This document shows positions 18,888-29,217 of a DNA stretch of 62,183 nucleotides, one piece after another. Source of the DNA: a virus (lineage: Duplodnaviria; Caudoviricetes); IMG/VR virus record IMGVR_UViG_3300025141_016207, positions 1 through 62,183 of that record; one strand, written 5' to 3'. Under the pieces are notes generated by a model. It searched no databases. It was not told the origin of the DNA and saw only the letters and a program-made list of their open reading frames with translations. The translations under genes were made by a program, and so were the position numbers. Numbering within the stretch: the first letter of the stretch is position 1; each line of letters opens with the position of its first letter.

Positions 18888-21800
18888 TTACGAACCGGGC
18901 TTTTTCATGTTCTCCTCCACCGATTCAAGGAGGTTGTCCAGGGCCGGATTTAACTTCTTGCCCTTCTTCTTTTTCCCAAAGTCTCCCTTGCCCAAGCCTC
19001 CAGATAACTGCTTATCTTTTAGCTTTTGCACTGCGCCCTTTACTCCCGTTTCCAAGGTGACCTTGGATACCTTGTTAATTGATTCTTGATTGTTGATGTT
19101 AATTTTATCAGGGTCTATTATCAATTTATCGGCGGCAACAATTTTCATAGCCCCATCAATAGCCTCTGCTGCTGTGGTTTGAACAGCAACATCAATCTTG
19201 GCGCTTTCGACCACCGAGCAATAATCATAAGGCCAATTATAGGAAGCTGGTTTTTGGACAAATTTATTAGCACCAAGAAGGGGATCAAAATCAAATTTAT
19301 TTTCTGAGCCACCATCGGCTAACAGAGAGAAATAATTATTTTTAGCAATCTGCTTCACTTTAAAAACCATCCATTGAACGTCGGTATCAAGAAGGGTCAG
19401 ATCATACTCAGGTCGATCTTGAAGCATTTCCGAAGTTTTTAAATTAATAACCCGACTTTTATTTCGGACTAACGTATCATATATGGCAGTTGGGGGGAGC
19501 CCTTGCCACATTAATCCCAAATCAGTTCGATCTAATTCGACACTAAATTCAAACATAATCATTCCAATGGCATCTCTCTGGAGATCAAGAGGATCATTAA
19601 TAAAATCAAAACGAGGCGGCATTTTAAACCTTTTCAATTGTTTGTCCAAAAATGACCACTCATTTTCAACTCCCGTCTTTGCAGCTTGATTAACGAATCC
19701 ATCATACAACTTTCTGCGAAGAGTGAAAAATTGGTCTTCTCCGTTTCTTACGGCATATGGAACACACACCAACGCTTCTTCAATTTTTTGGTCGTCCCTT
19801 ATTGTGCCCACTCGCTTCCTGTCTTCAAACCCGAGCATGTCCTTTAGAGAAACCTTGCCTTCCATATCTCTAATCTGTATATAAAGCCCCTCACCCGTGC
19901 CAGCGTCGGGGGCATTCAATAAAGTGTTCCATATGCCTCTGCCGTCTGATTCACCTGTATTGCCAACAACATCATTCGATTGAGTAAAATATGTCGGATC
20001 TGCCGTGTACTCATCACTTATTGACAAATAAGGAGTTTCCCACCTGGGTTGTATTGCCCAAACGGTAAACGAATCATCAGCGGGGTCTATTGCTTTTTCT
20101 TGCTCTCCTGTAATTGCATTGTATTCCATTCTTTTAAGTTCTGCCGTTTGGACCACATTCACTGAAGCTGTAACACTACTGAGATTTTCTATAGCTAAGG
20201 CTGTAAGCTCGCGCTCTGACGGGAACGAAGAAGTAAATGACATCGTAAGTGCTTCTTGGATGTCTGCTACCACATATTTCTTTGTATCGCCAGGATTAAA
20301 TTCTAGAAAAACGGATGCGCTACCAAAAAACCAAGGTGGGGCATATGGTATACATGTGGCATGGCGAGCCGAAGCCAAATCACCAGCCTCGGCAACACCA
20401 TCCATCATTGGTCCCCAAGTACGTTCATTTTCATACATAAGCGGTTGGCTAGCCGAAGAAGATACTAATGAAACAACAACCTCCATTCCGTAACTCTTGC
20501 CAGAGCCAAATGCTTCTATTTTTTTCTGAGGCTTGGAAAGGAATGTTGTCATCCTGCCCTCTGCCAAAAAGAAGTCTACAGTAGAAGCCAAAAAGTTATT
20601 TACAGCTAAACCATATTGCGGATTATAAAAGCCATTCCACGAAGCGGTTGAGTTCATGGACATTGATTGATGAGGAAAAAGATCTACCAAGCGCATATCT
20701 TTCGCTGCAAGGCGATCGGGATTTAACAATTGTTCAAAGGGGAGCTTCTGACTAAACGTTTCGTCAAAAACCTGATCATAGCCAACCAAACGAGCCGATG
20801 GAACTGACTGCGTTACAAGATCAAGATCATAACTGCTGGTAAAAATGCCATAATCCATAGCAAGCCCAGCTTTAATAGAATTATAAAGAATTCCTGGCAT
20901 AAAGAAAGGCTGCATAAACGTTCTAAATGTTGGTTCGTTTCCTTCCAGCGCAACATAAGGGGAGTAAGATTGGGAAAACAAGGTCGCTATCTGAACCGTG
21001 CGGTCTGCTGGATAAAATCCATCGTAAGGCAGCAGCTTAAGCACCGCCTCGGCAGAGATTGTAACTTTCCAAGGTTCTGCAAATTTAGCGTGCTCTTCTT
21101 TAATTTGTTTCACCTCAAAAATGCGATCAGAATTCAAATATCTTTTGACAAAATCTTGTTCCAAAGACGACGACACAACTGAGCCCGTGATTTCCAAATA
21201 ATTAAATTCAGAATCAAAAACGCTCTTTTTCTTTAATGCATCGTCAACGTGATTACTGCTGATATACTCGGGAACAATGGTATATGCTTTTCCAAAAATC
21301 CTTGTTTTCTCTGCAAAGTGGTCATAGTCCCTATAAAAAGGCGAGCGCTTATCCGCACTTGAATCCTTGTATTGGGTTAGAGCATTGTTAATAAACAAGC
21401 CATCTAAATAAACTTTGCCTTTTTTACAAATATCATCAATGCAATTGTCATTAGCCGATCCGCTGGTTATAGTCAAAGCGTATGGCATTGCCAAAAGAGG
21501 ACCATAAGAGTGAGTGGGGCAAAGGGCGATGTTTAGTGATGCACTATTGAGTGCGCCAGTGGGATCTGTGCAAAGGGGGGCTCCTTGAGCGTGATTCTGT
21601 GTGGCATCGGCTATATAACGAGGTATGACGCTTTTTGGATCTTTTAAAATACCGTAAGAAAAAGCATTAGCCACCCTTGGATCAAATGGAGATCCATAGG
21701 AACAAGCGGTGTCGGCGACCGATTTGGCATTGGGTGGATAAAAGTTTAAATTTCTTAAATCTACATATTTGTCGCCAGCGATAACTTTAACATTCGCATT

Positions 21801-24800
21801 AATTTCGGGCTTTTCTATGTTGGGATCCGAATAAGCTATATCCGCATCTGTTACCCAACGGCTTGGACCGGGGCGCGGGATTAAAAGAAAATCTGAATCA
21901 TCTGGACCCTTGTTTGCGTTCGCCCAAGCATCTATATTAAAATTAAACCACTCTGTGCCGCCGCGAGTTCCGACTGCAACAGCCGAACAACTTGGGGCAA
22001 GAGTAGGATTATCAGCCAAGAAGGACGCCTCCGAGTAGGTTCCCTTATAGTTCAAGTCGAACCCCATGGAATTTGGCGTCGGAGGTGCATCAGATCGTTC
22101 TTTTCTCGTATCTCTCCAAAATTGATTCAAGAAATTATCGCGTTGGCGGGAAGAACTTAAATAAGTGTAAGTTACTCGGGGATAAATGGATTGTTTATAA
22201 TCCATGTTAATAAATGAATCTGGATCTATTACAGACTGCAACGAGGGATCGGAATAGAAATTCATCAGTTTTTCGGCTGGTGATGTTCCCTCGACCACGC
22301 TCTTTTGAAGCTCTACATCATTACCATTCGTTAAATACTTATTGATATCCAAATTTAACATCGCTGTCTTATCATTAAGATAAGTTGCGCGAAATTGAGT
22401 GAAAGCTTCTTTGCCATCCCCCTCAAAGTCAACATTAAGTCGAATATCTGCGGGGTAATTTAAAGTCAAAGGTGGAATAACATATTTTCTAATTGTGTCT
22501 TTGGTAACTTCATTTTGCTGTCCGGTTGATACTCCATCTTTTTTAATACCTATCACGTTATTTCTTCTTTGATAGGCTAAAATAGGATGGTAAAACTTGT
22601 GTAGCTGTTTAAACGAAGGATAACCATATGGTCCTTCATTAATTTTGAGATGATAGACGGTAGTGTAAGCTCCTTCGAACCCGCCGCCAGCGGTGGCGAG
22701 CGTGGACCATAGCTGTGAATTATGCTCAATGCGATTATTGGCGAAATCACATTGATATATTGGTTCAGCATCGTTAACGGAAATTCCTTCATTGTAGCTA
22801 GTGTTGAAATAATTAAATGCTACGGGCTCTTGTTCGTTGACCCCCTCACCTTGAGTTGGAATTACGATCATCGTTCCAGTCGGAAGTTGAATCTGATCCG
22901 AAGCCGTTTGATAGCCCATGATAGAATTCAGGCGATCATAAAATGTTGTATCTCCCGCAGATGCTGTTCCCTTCATCGATGCGGAAATCCATGCATAATC
23001 TGCAACGCTGCCGGGAACACACTCTTGGAAAAAGTAGTTGTTGTATAAAGTTGCCGTCGCGATGGTATCGCCACTAGAATAGTTCAACCTTCGTTGGTAT
23101 CCTCTAGGTGTTTTGTGGAAAGAGGCGCTATCTTGATCGCTATCAACGATATAACCGCCCCAAGCCATCGGCTCCAAGGACATGCTGTTTAGAGCCTGTC
23201 GCACTATTAAATTGCGATAATTTAAGTCATTGTAAACAGAAAACTGCCCAGAATATGTATCTAAAAAACCGCCCGCAGTATCTGGACCACCAGGGGCATT
23301 AAAAATTTCAGCAATAACCGAATCCGATCCAGAGTTTCGCAAAGGAAGTTCATAATCCAACACGCCGCTTACAAAAAAATTCTCGGCATCATCAAGATTC
23401 CATTGTGCGTGAACAAATTGAATATTGTTAATATTGCGACCGCTTGTTTGCACAATTTCGTAATTTTTAGAATAATTTCCTACCGCCGGGACAGTTCCTG
23501 TGGTTGTTTTTATATTTTTAATACTGAGTGGTGCCTTCGCATAGGGCTCGGAAATCCATCTCTGTTGCGGGTTGTGAATAGTAACCTTGCCCAACGCAAG
23601 TTGGTCGTCGTCGGTAACATAAATATCATACAATTCAGCACGATTTTGGCGATGCGAAGAGCCAGAATTTAAAGGCGTTTTCCCAATTACCTTCGAACCA
23701 CCAATGTGTCTTGCCGTCCATACACCTTGAAGTGGTACATAGTTGTTTTCACCATAGCCATCAATATGAATATTGGTAATTGCAATACCGGGAAATTCGT
23801 TATTAAAGCTATTATTTCTATAACCGGCGACCGAATTAAAGGAAGAAGTTATGAGACTAAAGGGGAGCAACATCTTGGAAGAACCCAAAAATTCTCCGGC
23901 ATTATTGGTAACAGCAGCCCTTACATGAGCTTTTTTAAGTTCGGGGTGAATAAGGTTATCGTCGCAATATTGATCTGCGGCGATTCCGCTAGCAGTGACT
24001 ATCAAATCAGAGTGCGGTAAAGCTGGCTTCCAATAATCTGTGTTCTTGTTAACGGGGAAATTAGCACCACCGTGGAATTGATCACTAAAGGACATATCAA
24101 ATCTATAAGGAGTTGTCCATGCCCTCCGAAATGATCCAGACTTTACATCAAATATTTTTTGTTTGTCCACATTCACATCTGCATCGCCACTCGTTATAGA
24201 TTGAGTAGTGGCAAAATGTGCCCACCAAAAACAATTGGTGTTCTCTTTTTCGTTGAGAGGGGCATGTGAAAATTTCCAATTTATTAAAGACTTGTTGATT
24301 CCCTCTATGCCAATTTCGGGGTCCGTGCGACGGAACTCTAATGTTGGAAATTTATGATCATATTTACTTCTTTCTAAAACGTGGCTCTCCACTACGTTTG
24401 ACACAAGGCGACCGGAGTCCAAGCTAGCAGGCGTTACATTCAACAAGATTTGATTTAAGGAATTGTCAATCCAGTTATAATAATCAAAAAATTTGTTTAT
24501 ATCCGTTAAGGTGCTAACCTTTCTAAAATATGTTTGAGCCAATTTTCGCAAATCTTTATAATGAAGTCTATATTTATTTACCGGATCTCCTATTAATTCA
24601 TTAAATCCACTAACCCCGGCAAAAAATTTCAAAATATCTCTAGAAATAACATGATAAAGACTTTTTTCAAAAGTTATTGTACTCACTTCAGGCTTCTGAT
24701 TAAGTTGGAATGCCTCCATATCTACATCTAATATTTTAATATTCTCAGCAGTAGAAAACTGGAGAGGTTGTTTTTGTGAAACTACATTTAAATAACGTGT

Positions 24801-27758
24801 ATTATAGATGTTAGAATTGTCGGACTGAAATCCATACCCAAGCCCGTCATGTTGGGCTCCCACAATGTCTCCGTACCAAGAGGGCTTCCAATAATTATCG
24901 GTTTGAAATGACCCCGAAGACAAATCGGTGACAATGAATTGACCGCTGTCGTCGGAAGATGATAAATTATAAGTTCCCCAGTTCAGTAACAAAGTATTAA
25001 TACGAGATACATAAGAACCCGACATTCTGGGTGAATTTCCAAATTCACTACTGAAAGGATCATCTAGACCCAAATTATTAGGAGTAAACGCATGGGAATT
25101 TATTTCGTTAGCTTTTAGATCTGTGGTCCACACACGCGCCGACAATATATCCACATCCGATGACTTAAGAACAGACCCTGTAAAATTAGTCCTGTGGGCA
25201 CCAATAAACAACTTCCGTGGTTGAGATAAGATTCTTACGGCGCGTTCATAGTTTATAGAGGCTGTTTGGCTAAAGGAGTCAATTATTGTATTGCCAATGG
25301 CGTGAACGCCATAAAATATCAAACGATACCTGTCTACGTCTGTGAGCTTGTCGTCTTCAAGACCAAGGGCGTCATTTATAGAGCCATATGGATAAGATTC
25401 GGGCTTGATCTTTACCGCTAATTGCCATGTGCTATTATCATAAAGTTTGGAATAATAATCTGTTTCTATCTCTGGAAATTCTAGATTTCCAGTGCTTACG
25501 TTAGTGGTGGTGAGAACAAATTTGGCTTTGGAGCTATAGTGCTGATCCCTAACTGCATAAACTTGAAAATTGGCGTAATCATCACCGGAAGCAAAAGTAT
25601 CTGTGCTATCTTGGGGATCGGTTGGGTTTACCGCATGGATACCAAAAACGGAAGAGGATACACTTGTTAGCGCAAAGGAGCCCGTGTTATATAAGGCTTT
25701 TTGTTTTTTAAAAAATGCATTAACTTCGTAAGTATTGGCAAAAGTTGCTTCTTCGGGCAGATCGCCTCCTGATTGGGGGTCGGTATTCCCTGAAACGTAA
25801 GTACCCGAAATATAAGGTCTTTTATTAGAGCCATTATTGTTAATATACACCGTAGCATTAACATTAGGTTCGTCTGAAAATGGAAAAAATTTATTTTTCT
25901 CGGTGAATGTTTCAAAGCGGTCTTCCAGATCTACTTCTGAAAGGTTGTAATAGGTGTTGATGGAGATAAGGTCGGTGTCAACGCCAAAACATCTCATAAT
26001 GTTTCTAAAAGATTCTTCGGTTCCTTTTGTTTTCAGGATCTCCATCAGGTTGTTGTTAAGGTTGTTATAGATGGTGCTTTTAATTTCTTCTATATTTTTA
26101 GTAAAAATAACCTTTTCAGTGCGACCTAATAAGTTGGTAATCTCGGAAATATCGTCTAAAATTGGACCAACAACGAACCCTTTAGAATTTAATGCTGCCC
26201 GCACTAGTGCAGCCTTAGGTTGCTTTACGTCGTCCTGATAATACTCGATATTAGCGACAGAAGGAAAGCTTTTAATCTCTAAATAAATCTCGTCCAGCAC
26301 AGAACCCAATATCTGAGCAAGGGCTCGAAGTTCCAGATCCGCGTTCTCATCTTCTTCCCTGATCCAACCGGGAAACTTATTTATAACGCTATTATGATTT
26401 TCGCGATCGTATATAGACCCTGATAAAACTTTATCCTCATAGTATGCCTTTACCTCGGGATGAAAAGAGTAGAGAATCGGATCTTTTGTTTCTTTGGTGG
26501 CTTTGCCAGACTGAACAATAGCGGAGCCGGTACTACGAGCATTTGCCGTATATCCTTCCCACGACCCGTTATTAACCCGACCCGAATAATCCAAAACCCC
26601 CTGGTCTACAGAAGCTGTCTCGGTTATGCCCTCGTTAAATTTATAATATACGCCCAGATAACGATTAACACTTTCAATGTCATCGCCGCCAGCACCAACT
26701 GGCTGAATATAAAAACGACCAATTTGTTGCGGATTTCTCACCTTTTTCCAAAAGCGGAACTCATCCAGAGAACCAGAAAGTTTACCCCAACCAATACGAG
26801 TGTTAGAAGAACCAGATTGTTGGGTTACAAGCGAACCAACGCTGCCGACGAATGCTCCGGTAACTGCACCGATCGTTGCGCCGGCATCCGTGAAGAGAGA
26901 TGTTTCTGAATCAAAATCTCCATCTACATATAATTTAGCTGTGTAAACATCTGAAGTGTCTGCGGAGGAAGTTAAAGTAATGGCGTAATGATGCCATTCG
27001 TCATCTGCAATACTGGCTGTTGTAACTGCGCCAAATGTTTCATGGTCAATCCTGGCAGTTCCCGAATTGTAGACAAGGAAAAACGGCGCGGTGCCGTCTG
27101 AGCTAGCTGTCAGACCGAGAGTTAATCTACCATAAGCGCCACCGCCGTCGCCTATGGTTCCACTATTCCAAATATCAAAAATAACTTCTTTTTCGGTTAA
27201 AGTGGGCAAGAATTCTGATTTTTTCAACCAAAATTCAATTGTAGAACCAGAAACATTTCCAAACTCTAAGTTGTAACCAAGCCCTTCATCCTCATCGATG
27301 ATATTATTAATGTTTACTGCGCCATCTAATAAAATATATTCTTTAGTTGTTGGCTCGCCGTAACCATCCTGTTCGTCTGTTTGAGCAGTCCAGCCATCGG
27401 GGGAAAATACACCCCAACCAGTGGTGCGAGGATATTCATTGTCAAAAATATAATTCTCAACAAATGAGGAACTATAATGCCACAATTCTTTATCGTAAGG
27501 AGTTCCATCATATGGATAGGTATTATAAACTCTCTTTATGGCATTTTTATAATATTCTTCTGCTAACCCGTAAAAAGCAAAATTGCTTGCTGAAGAGAAA
27601 TCAAAGGGTGGAACAAAGCGTTGTTGATTTTTAGACCAAATGTCATAAAACTTTCCAGAATCGTACTGATCCCCCACATCATTAAGACTTTTTCTAATGA
27701 TGGAGTGGGTCTTAATTTCTTTATTTCTTAACTTTTCAAGATATTTTTGAAAATCCAT
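18888..27758 (-). CDS. Giant tail/baseplate protein (2956 aa) with LamG/concanavalin-like domain(s)
   Basis: TIEFWLK..WHHYAIT..KLYVDG..GSLDEFRFWK LamG motif set; second LamG-like stretch WQLAVK..LFIGA..ARVW; ILKTKGTEESFRNIMRCFG resembles the baseplate-wedge KGT motif. Confidence 0.7.
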   Translation of the reverse strand: MDFQKYLEKLRNKEIKTHSIIRKSLNDVGDQYDSGKFYDIWSKNQQRFVPPFDFSSASNFAFYGLAEEYYKNAIKRVYNTYPYDGTPYDKELWHYSSSFVENYIFDNEYPRTTGWGVFSPDGWTAQTDEQDGYGEPTTKEYILLDGAVNINNIIDEDEGLGYNLEFGNVSGSTIEFWLKKSEFLPTLTEKEVIFDIWNSGTIGDGGGAYGRLTLGLTASSDGTAPFFLVYNSGTARIDHETFGAVTTASIADDEWHHYAITLTSSADTSDVYTAKLYVDGDFDSETSLFTDAGATIGAVTGAFVGSVGSLVTQQSGSSNTRIGWGKLSGSLDEFRFWKKVRNPQQIGRFYIQPVGAGGDDIESVNRYLGVYYKFNEGITETASVDQGVLDYSGRVNNGSWEGYTANARSTGSAIVQSGKATKETKDPILYSFHPEVKAYYEDKVLSGSIYDRENHNSVINKFPGWIREEDENADLELRALAQILGSVLDEIYLEIKSFPSVANIEYYQDDVKQPKAALVRAALNSKGFVVGPILDDISEITNLLGRTEKVIFTKNIEEIKSTIYNNLNNNLMEILKTKGTEESFRNIMRCFGVDTDLISINTYYNLSEVDLEDRFETFTEKNKFFPFSDEPNVNATVYINNNGSNKRPYISGTYVSGNTDPQSGGDLPEEATFANTYEVNAFFKKQKALYNTGSFALTSVSSSVFGIHAVNPTDPQDSTDTFASGDDYANFQVYAVRDQHYSSKAKFVLTTTNVSTGNLEFPEIETDYYSKLYDNSTWQLAVKIKPESYPYGSINDALGLEDDKLTDVDRYRLIFYGVHAIGNTIIDSFSQTASINYERAVRILSQPRKLFIGAHRTNFTGSVLKSSDVDILSARVWTTDLKANEINSHAFTPNNLGLDDPFSSEFGNSPRMSGSYVSRINTLLLNWGTYNLSSSDDSGQFIVTDLSSGSFQTDNYWKPSWYGDIVGAQHDGLGYGFQSDNSNIYNTRYLNVVSQKQPLQFSTAENIKILDVDMEAFQLNQKPEVSTITFEKSLYHVISRDILKFFAGVSGFNELIGDPVNKYRLHYKDLRKLAQTYFRKVSTLTDINKFFDYYNWIDNSLNQILLNVTPASLDSGRLVSNVVESHVLERSKYDHKFPTLEFRRTDPEIGIEGINKSLINWKFSHAPLNEKENTNCFWWAHFATTQSITSGDADVNVDKQKIFDVKSGSFRRAWTTPYRFDMSFSDQFHGGANFPVNKNTDYWKPALPHSDLIVTASGIAADQYCDDNLIHPELKKAHVRAAVTNNAGEFLGSSKMLLPFSLITSSFNSVAGYRNNSFNNEFPGIAITNIHIDGYGENNYVPLQGVWTARHIGGSKVIGKTPLNSGSSHRQNRAELYDIYVTDDDQLALGKVTIHNPQQRWISEPYAKAPLSIKNIKTTTGTVPAVGNYSKNYEIVQTSGRNINNIQFVHAQWNLDDAENFFVSGVLDYELPLRNSGSDSVIAEIFNAPGGPDTAGGFLDTYSGQFSVYNDLNYRNLIVRQALNSMSLEPMAWGGYIVDSDQDSASFHKTPRGYQRRLNYSSGDTIATATLYNNYFFQECVPGSVADYAWISASMKGTASAGDTTFYDRLNSIMGYQTASDQIQLPTGTMIVIPTQGEGVNEQEPVAFNYFNTSYNEGISVNDAEPIYQCDFANNRIEHNSQLWSTLATAGGGFEGAYTTVYHLKINEGPYGYPSFKQLHKFYHPILAYQRRNNVIGIKKDGVSTGQQNEVTKDTIRKYVIPPLTLNYPADIRLNVDFEGDGKEAFTQFRATYLNDKTAMLNLDINKYLTNGNDVELQKSVVEGTSPAEKLMNFYSDPSLQSVIDPDSFINMDYKQSIYPRVTYTYLSSSRQRDNFLNQFWRDTRKERSDAPPTPNSMGFDLNYKGTYSEASFLADNPTLAPSCSAVAVGTRGGTEWFNFNIDAWANANKGPDDSDFLLIPRPGPSRWVTDADIAYSDPNIEKPEINANVKVIAGDKYVDLRNLNFYPPNAKSVADTACSYGSPFDPRVANAFSYGILKDPKSVIPRYIADATQNHAQGAPLCTDPTGALNSASLNIALCPTHSYGPLLAMPYALTITSGSANDNCIDDICKKGKVYLDGLFINNALTQYKDSSADKRSPFYRDYDHFAEKTRIFGKAYTIVPEYISSNHVDDALKKKSVFDSEFNYLEITGSVVSSSLEQDFVKRYLNSDRIFEVKQIKEEHAKFAEPWKVTISAEAVLKLLPYDGFYPADRTVQIATLFSQSYSPYVALEGNEPTFRTFMQPFFMPGILYNSIKAGLAMDYGIFTSSYDLDLVTQSVPSARLVGYDQVFDETFSQKLPFEQLLNPDRLAAKDMRLVDLFPHQSMSMNSTASWNGFYNPQYGLAVNNFLASTVDFFLAEGRMTTFLSKPQKKIEAFGSGKSYGMEVVVSLVSSSASQPLMYENERTWGPMMDGVAEAGDLASARHATCIPYAPPWFFGSASVFLEFNPGDTKKYVVADIQEALTMSFTSSFPSERELTALAIENLSSVTASVNVVQTAELKRMEYNAITGEQEKAIDPADDSFTVWAIQPRWETPYLSISDEYTADPTYFTQSNDVVGNTGESDGRGIWNTLLNAPDAGTGEGLYIQIRDMEGKVSLKDMLGFEDRKRVGTIRDDQKIEEALVCVPYAVRNGEDQFFTLRRKLYDGFVNQAAKTGVENEWSFLDKQLKRFKMPPRFDFINDPLDLQRDAIGMIMFEFSVELDRTDLGLMWQGLPPTAIYDTLVRNKSRVINLKTSEMLQDRPEYDLTLLDTDVQWMVFKVKQIAKNNYFSLLADGGSENKFDFDPLLGANKFVQKPASYNWPYDYCSVVESAKIDVAVQTTAAEAIDGAMKIVAADKLIIDPDKININNQESINKVSKVTLETGVKGAVQKLKDKQLSGGLGKGDFGKKKKGKKLNPALDNLLESVEENMKKPGS

Positions 27759-27762
27759 TTAA

Positions 27763-29217
27763 CTACTCTACTCGGAAAACAAACGTGTCTGGTTGCTCTC
27801 TCAATTGTCCACTTTCTTTTATTATGAAAGAAATCTCATATTGATAATCCGCTGCAAAACTAGTAAAGTCTAAATCAAAATAATTGCCGCTTAAATCATA
27901 TGATAATTTAGACCAAGCATCAGCACCAGTTCCTGTTCCATAATGAATAACAATATAATCATCTATAGTGCGCTTTACCTGATAGTAAACTAGCTCCTTG
28001 GTTAAAGTCTGCGGTGTTGCCGATGCCACATTGTAAATGTTGGGGGACCAATTTGCCGGTCGGATATACAAACGCAGCCTTGTTTTTTCGTTCTTCCTGT
28101 AGGGAGAGTTCAAATTACTCAATGCTAAATAATATGTGGTCGACAATTGTGAATACTGCTGCTTCAATGCCGATGCTGTTACAACAGACCCTGTATAATA
28201 TTCCGTTGATCCAGTATGCCACACCGGATAGATATATTTAATGGCACTACTAGTGTAAGCAAAAGTTGCGGAATAGATCCCCGTCCCAACCCAGCCGCCA
28301 GTAACATTTGTATCACCGGATGTCTCAATGCCGCCACCTGTTGGCATCCCGATAGCATCACCGGTTGGCTCATCATCACTAGAACCAGAATAAATACTTA
28401 CAAAAATCTCACCCGTAGATACATCGGGAATATTTTTCAATTCTCCGCGAATATAGTTGTACAAATAAATTGTATTTAAATTATCGGCGGCAGGAGCGAG
28501 AGAACTAGATATTACAAAATTAGCTGAATTGTCATCCAGTGAATCGTCCCACCGCGCCTCAAGGGCGGGTCTCTTGAGTTCATACTGACTTGTTCGCGCA
28601 TAAAACTTCTTATCAAAATAAGTCACAGTGCCCGTTTCAATAGAAGCTGTCATTCGGATCAAGAACCCATAATTTATAATCGTACTATCAAGCCATTTTT
28701 CTACAATATCACTTACATCTACTTCTAGATTTTCCGTTCCGGTGGGGAAATTATAAGAGGCTGTATGCCCTTCATGGAAATCGCCGCCAGCTTTAGTCCA
28801 ATTAACGGTGTCGGTTGCCTTATCCCAATTCGACGCATCAGAATCTGAATAATCATCCATATCCATGCCAACGCCTTCGTCCCACCCCCGCTCAATAGGA
28901 TATATCTGCAAATCAAAATTACTAGGAACGCTGTATGGGGTTTCAGCATTGGTAAGATTTAAAATCCACTTTACACTTCCGCTATCACCGATAGCGCCAG
29001 CAGTTCGGTCGGTATTGATGTCGTCTGTATTGAATTTAATTAAAATTCTAGATTTTTCATTGCCGCCAGCGCTGGCTGTCACTTGCCCATAAATTGTAAA
29101 GACCTCAAGCGCATCTGCTGCGCCCATATTTGAGCCAGTAGCCCGCGTGTTCAAACCCGGCTTATAAGCATTTGTGATGGTGTTGTCTTTAACTGCTCTA
29201 TATTTTTTAATAGCCAT
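27763..29217 (-). CDS. Virion protein with a DNRLRE/disaggregatase-related domain
   Basis: KDNTI..SRILIKF..WDEG..W..GGD..LEVDVSDIVEKWL..NYGFLI..KFYAR..RPALE motif order typical of DNRLRE domains. Confidence 0.65.
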   Translation of the reverse strand: MAIKKYRAVKDNTITNAYKPGLNTRATGSNMGAADALEVFTIYGQVTASAGGNEKSRILIKFNTDDINTDRTAGAIGDSGSVKWILNLTNAETPYSVPSNFDLQIYPIERGWDEGVGMDMDDYSDSDASNWDKATDTVNWTKAGGDFHEGHTASYNFPTGTENLEVDVSDIVEKWLDSTIINYGFLIRMTASIETGTVTYFDKKFYARTSQYELKRPALEARWDDSLDDNSANFVISSSLAPAADNLNTIYLYNYIRGELKNIPDVSTGEIFVSIYSGSSDDEPTGDAIGMPTGGGIETSGDTNVTGGWVGTGIYSATFAYTSSAIKYIYPVWHTGSTEYYTGSVVTASALKQQYSQLSTTYYLALSNLNSPYRKNEKTRLRLYIRPANWSPNIYNVASATPQTLTKELVYYQVKRTIDDYIVIHYGTGTGADAWSKLSYDLSGNYFDLDFTSFAADYQYEISFIIKESGQLREQPDTFVFRVE

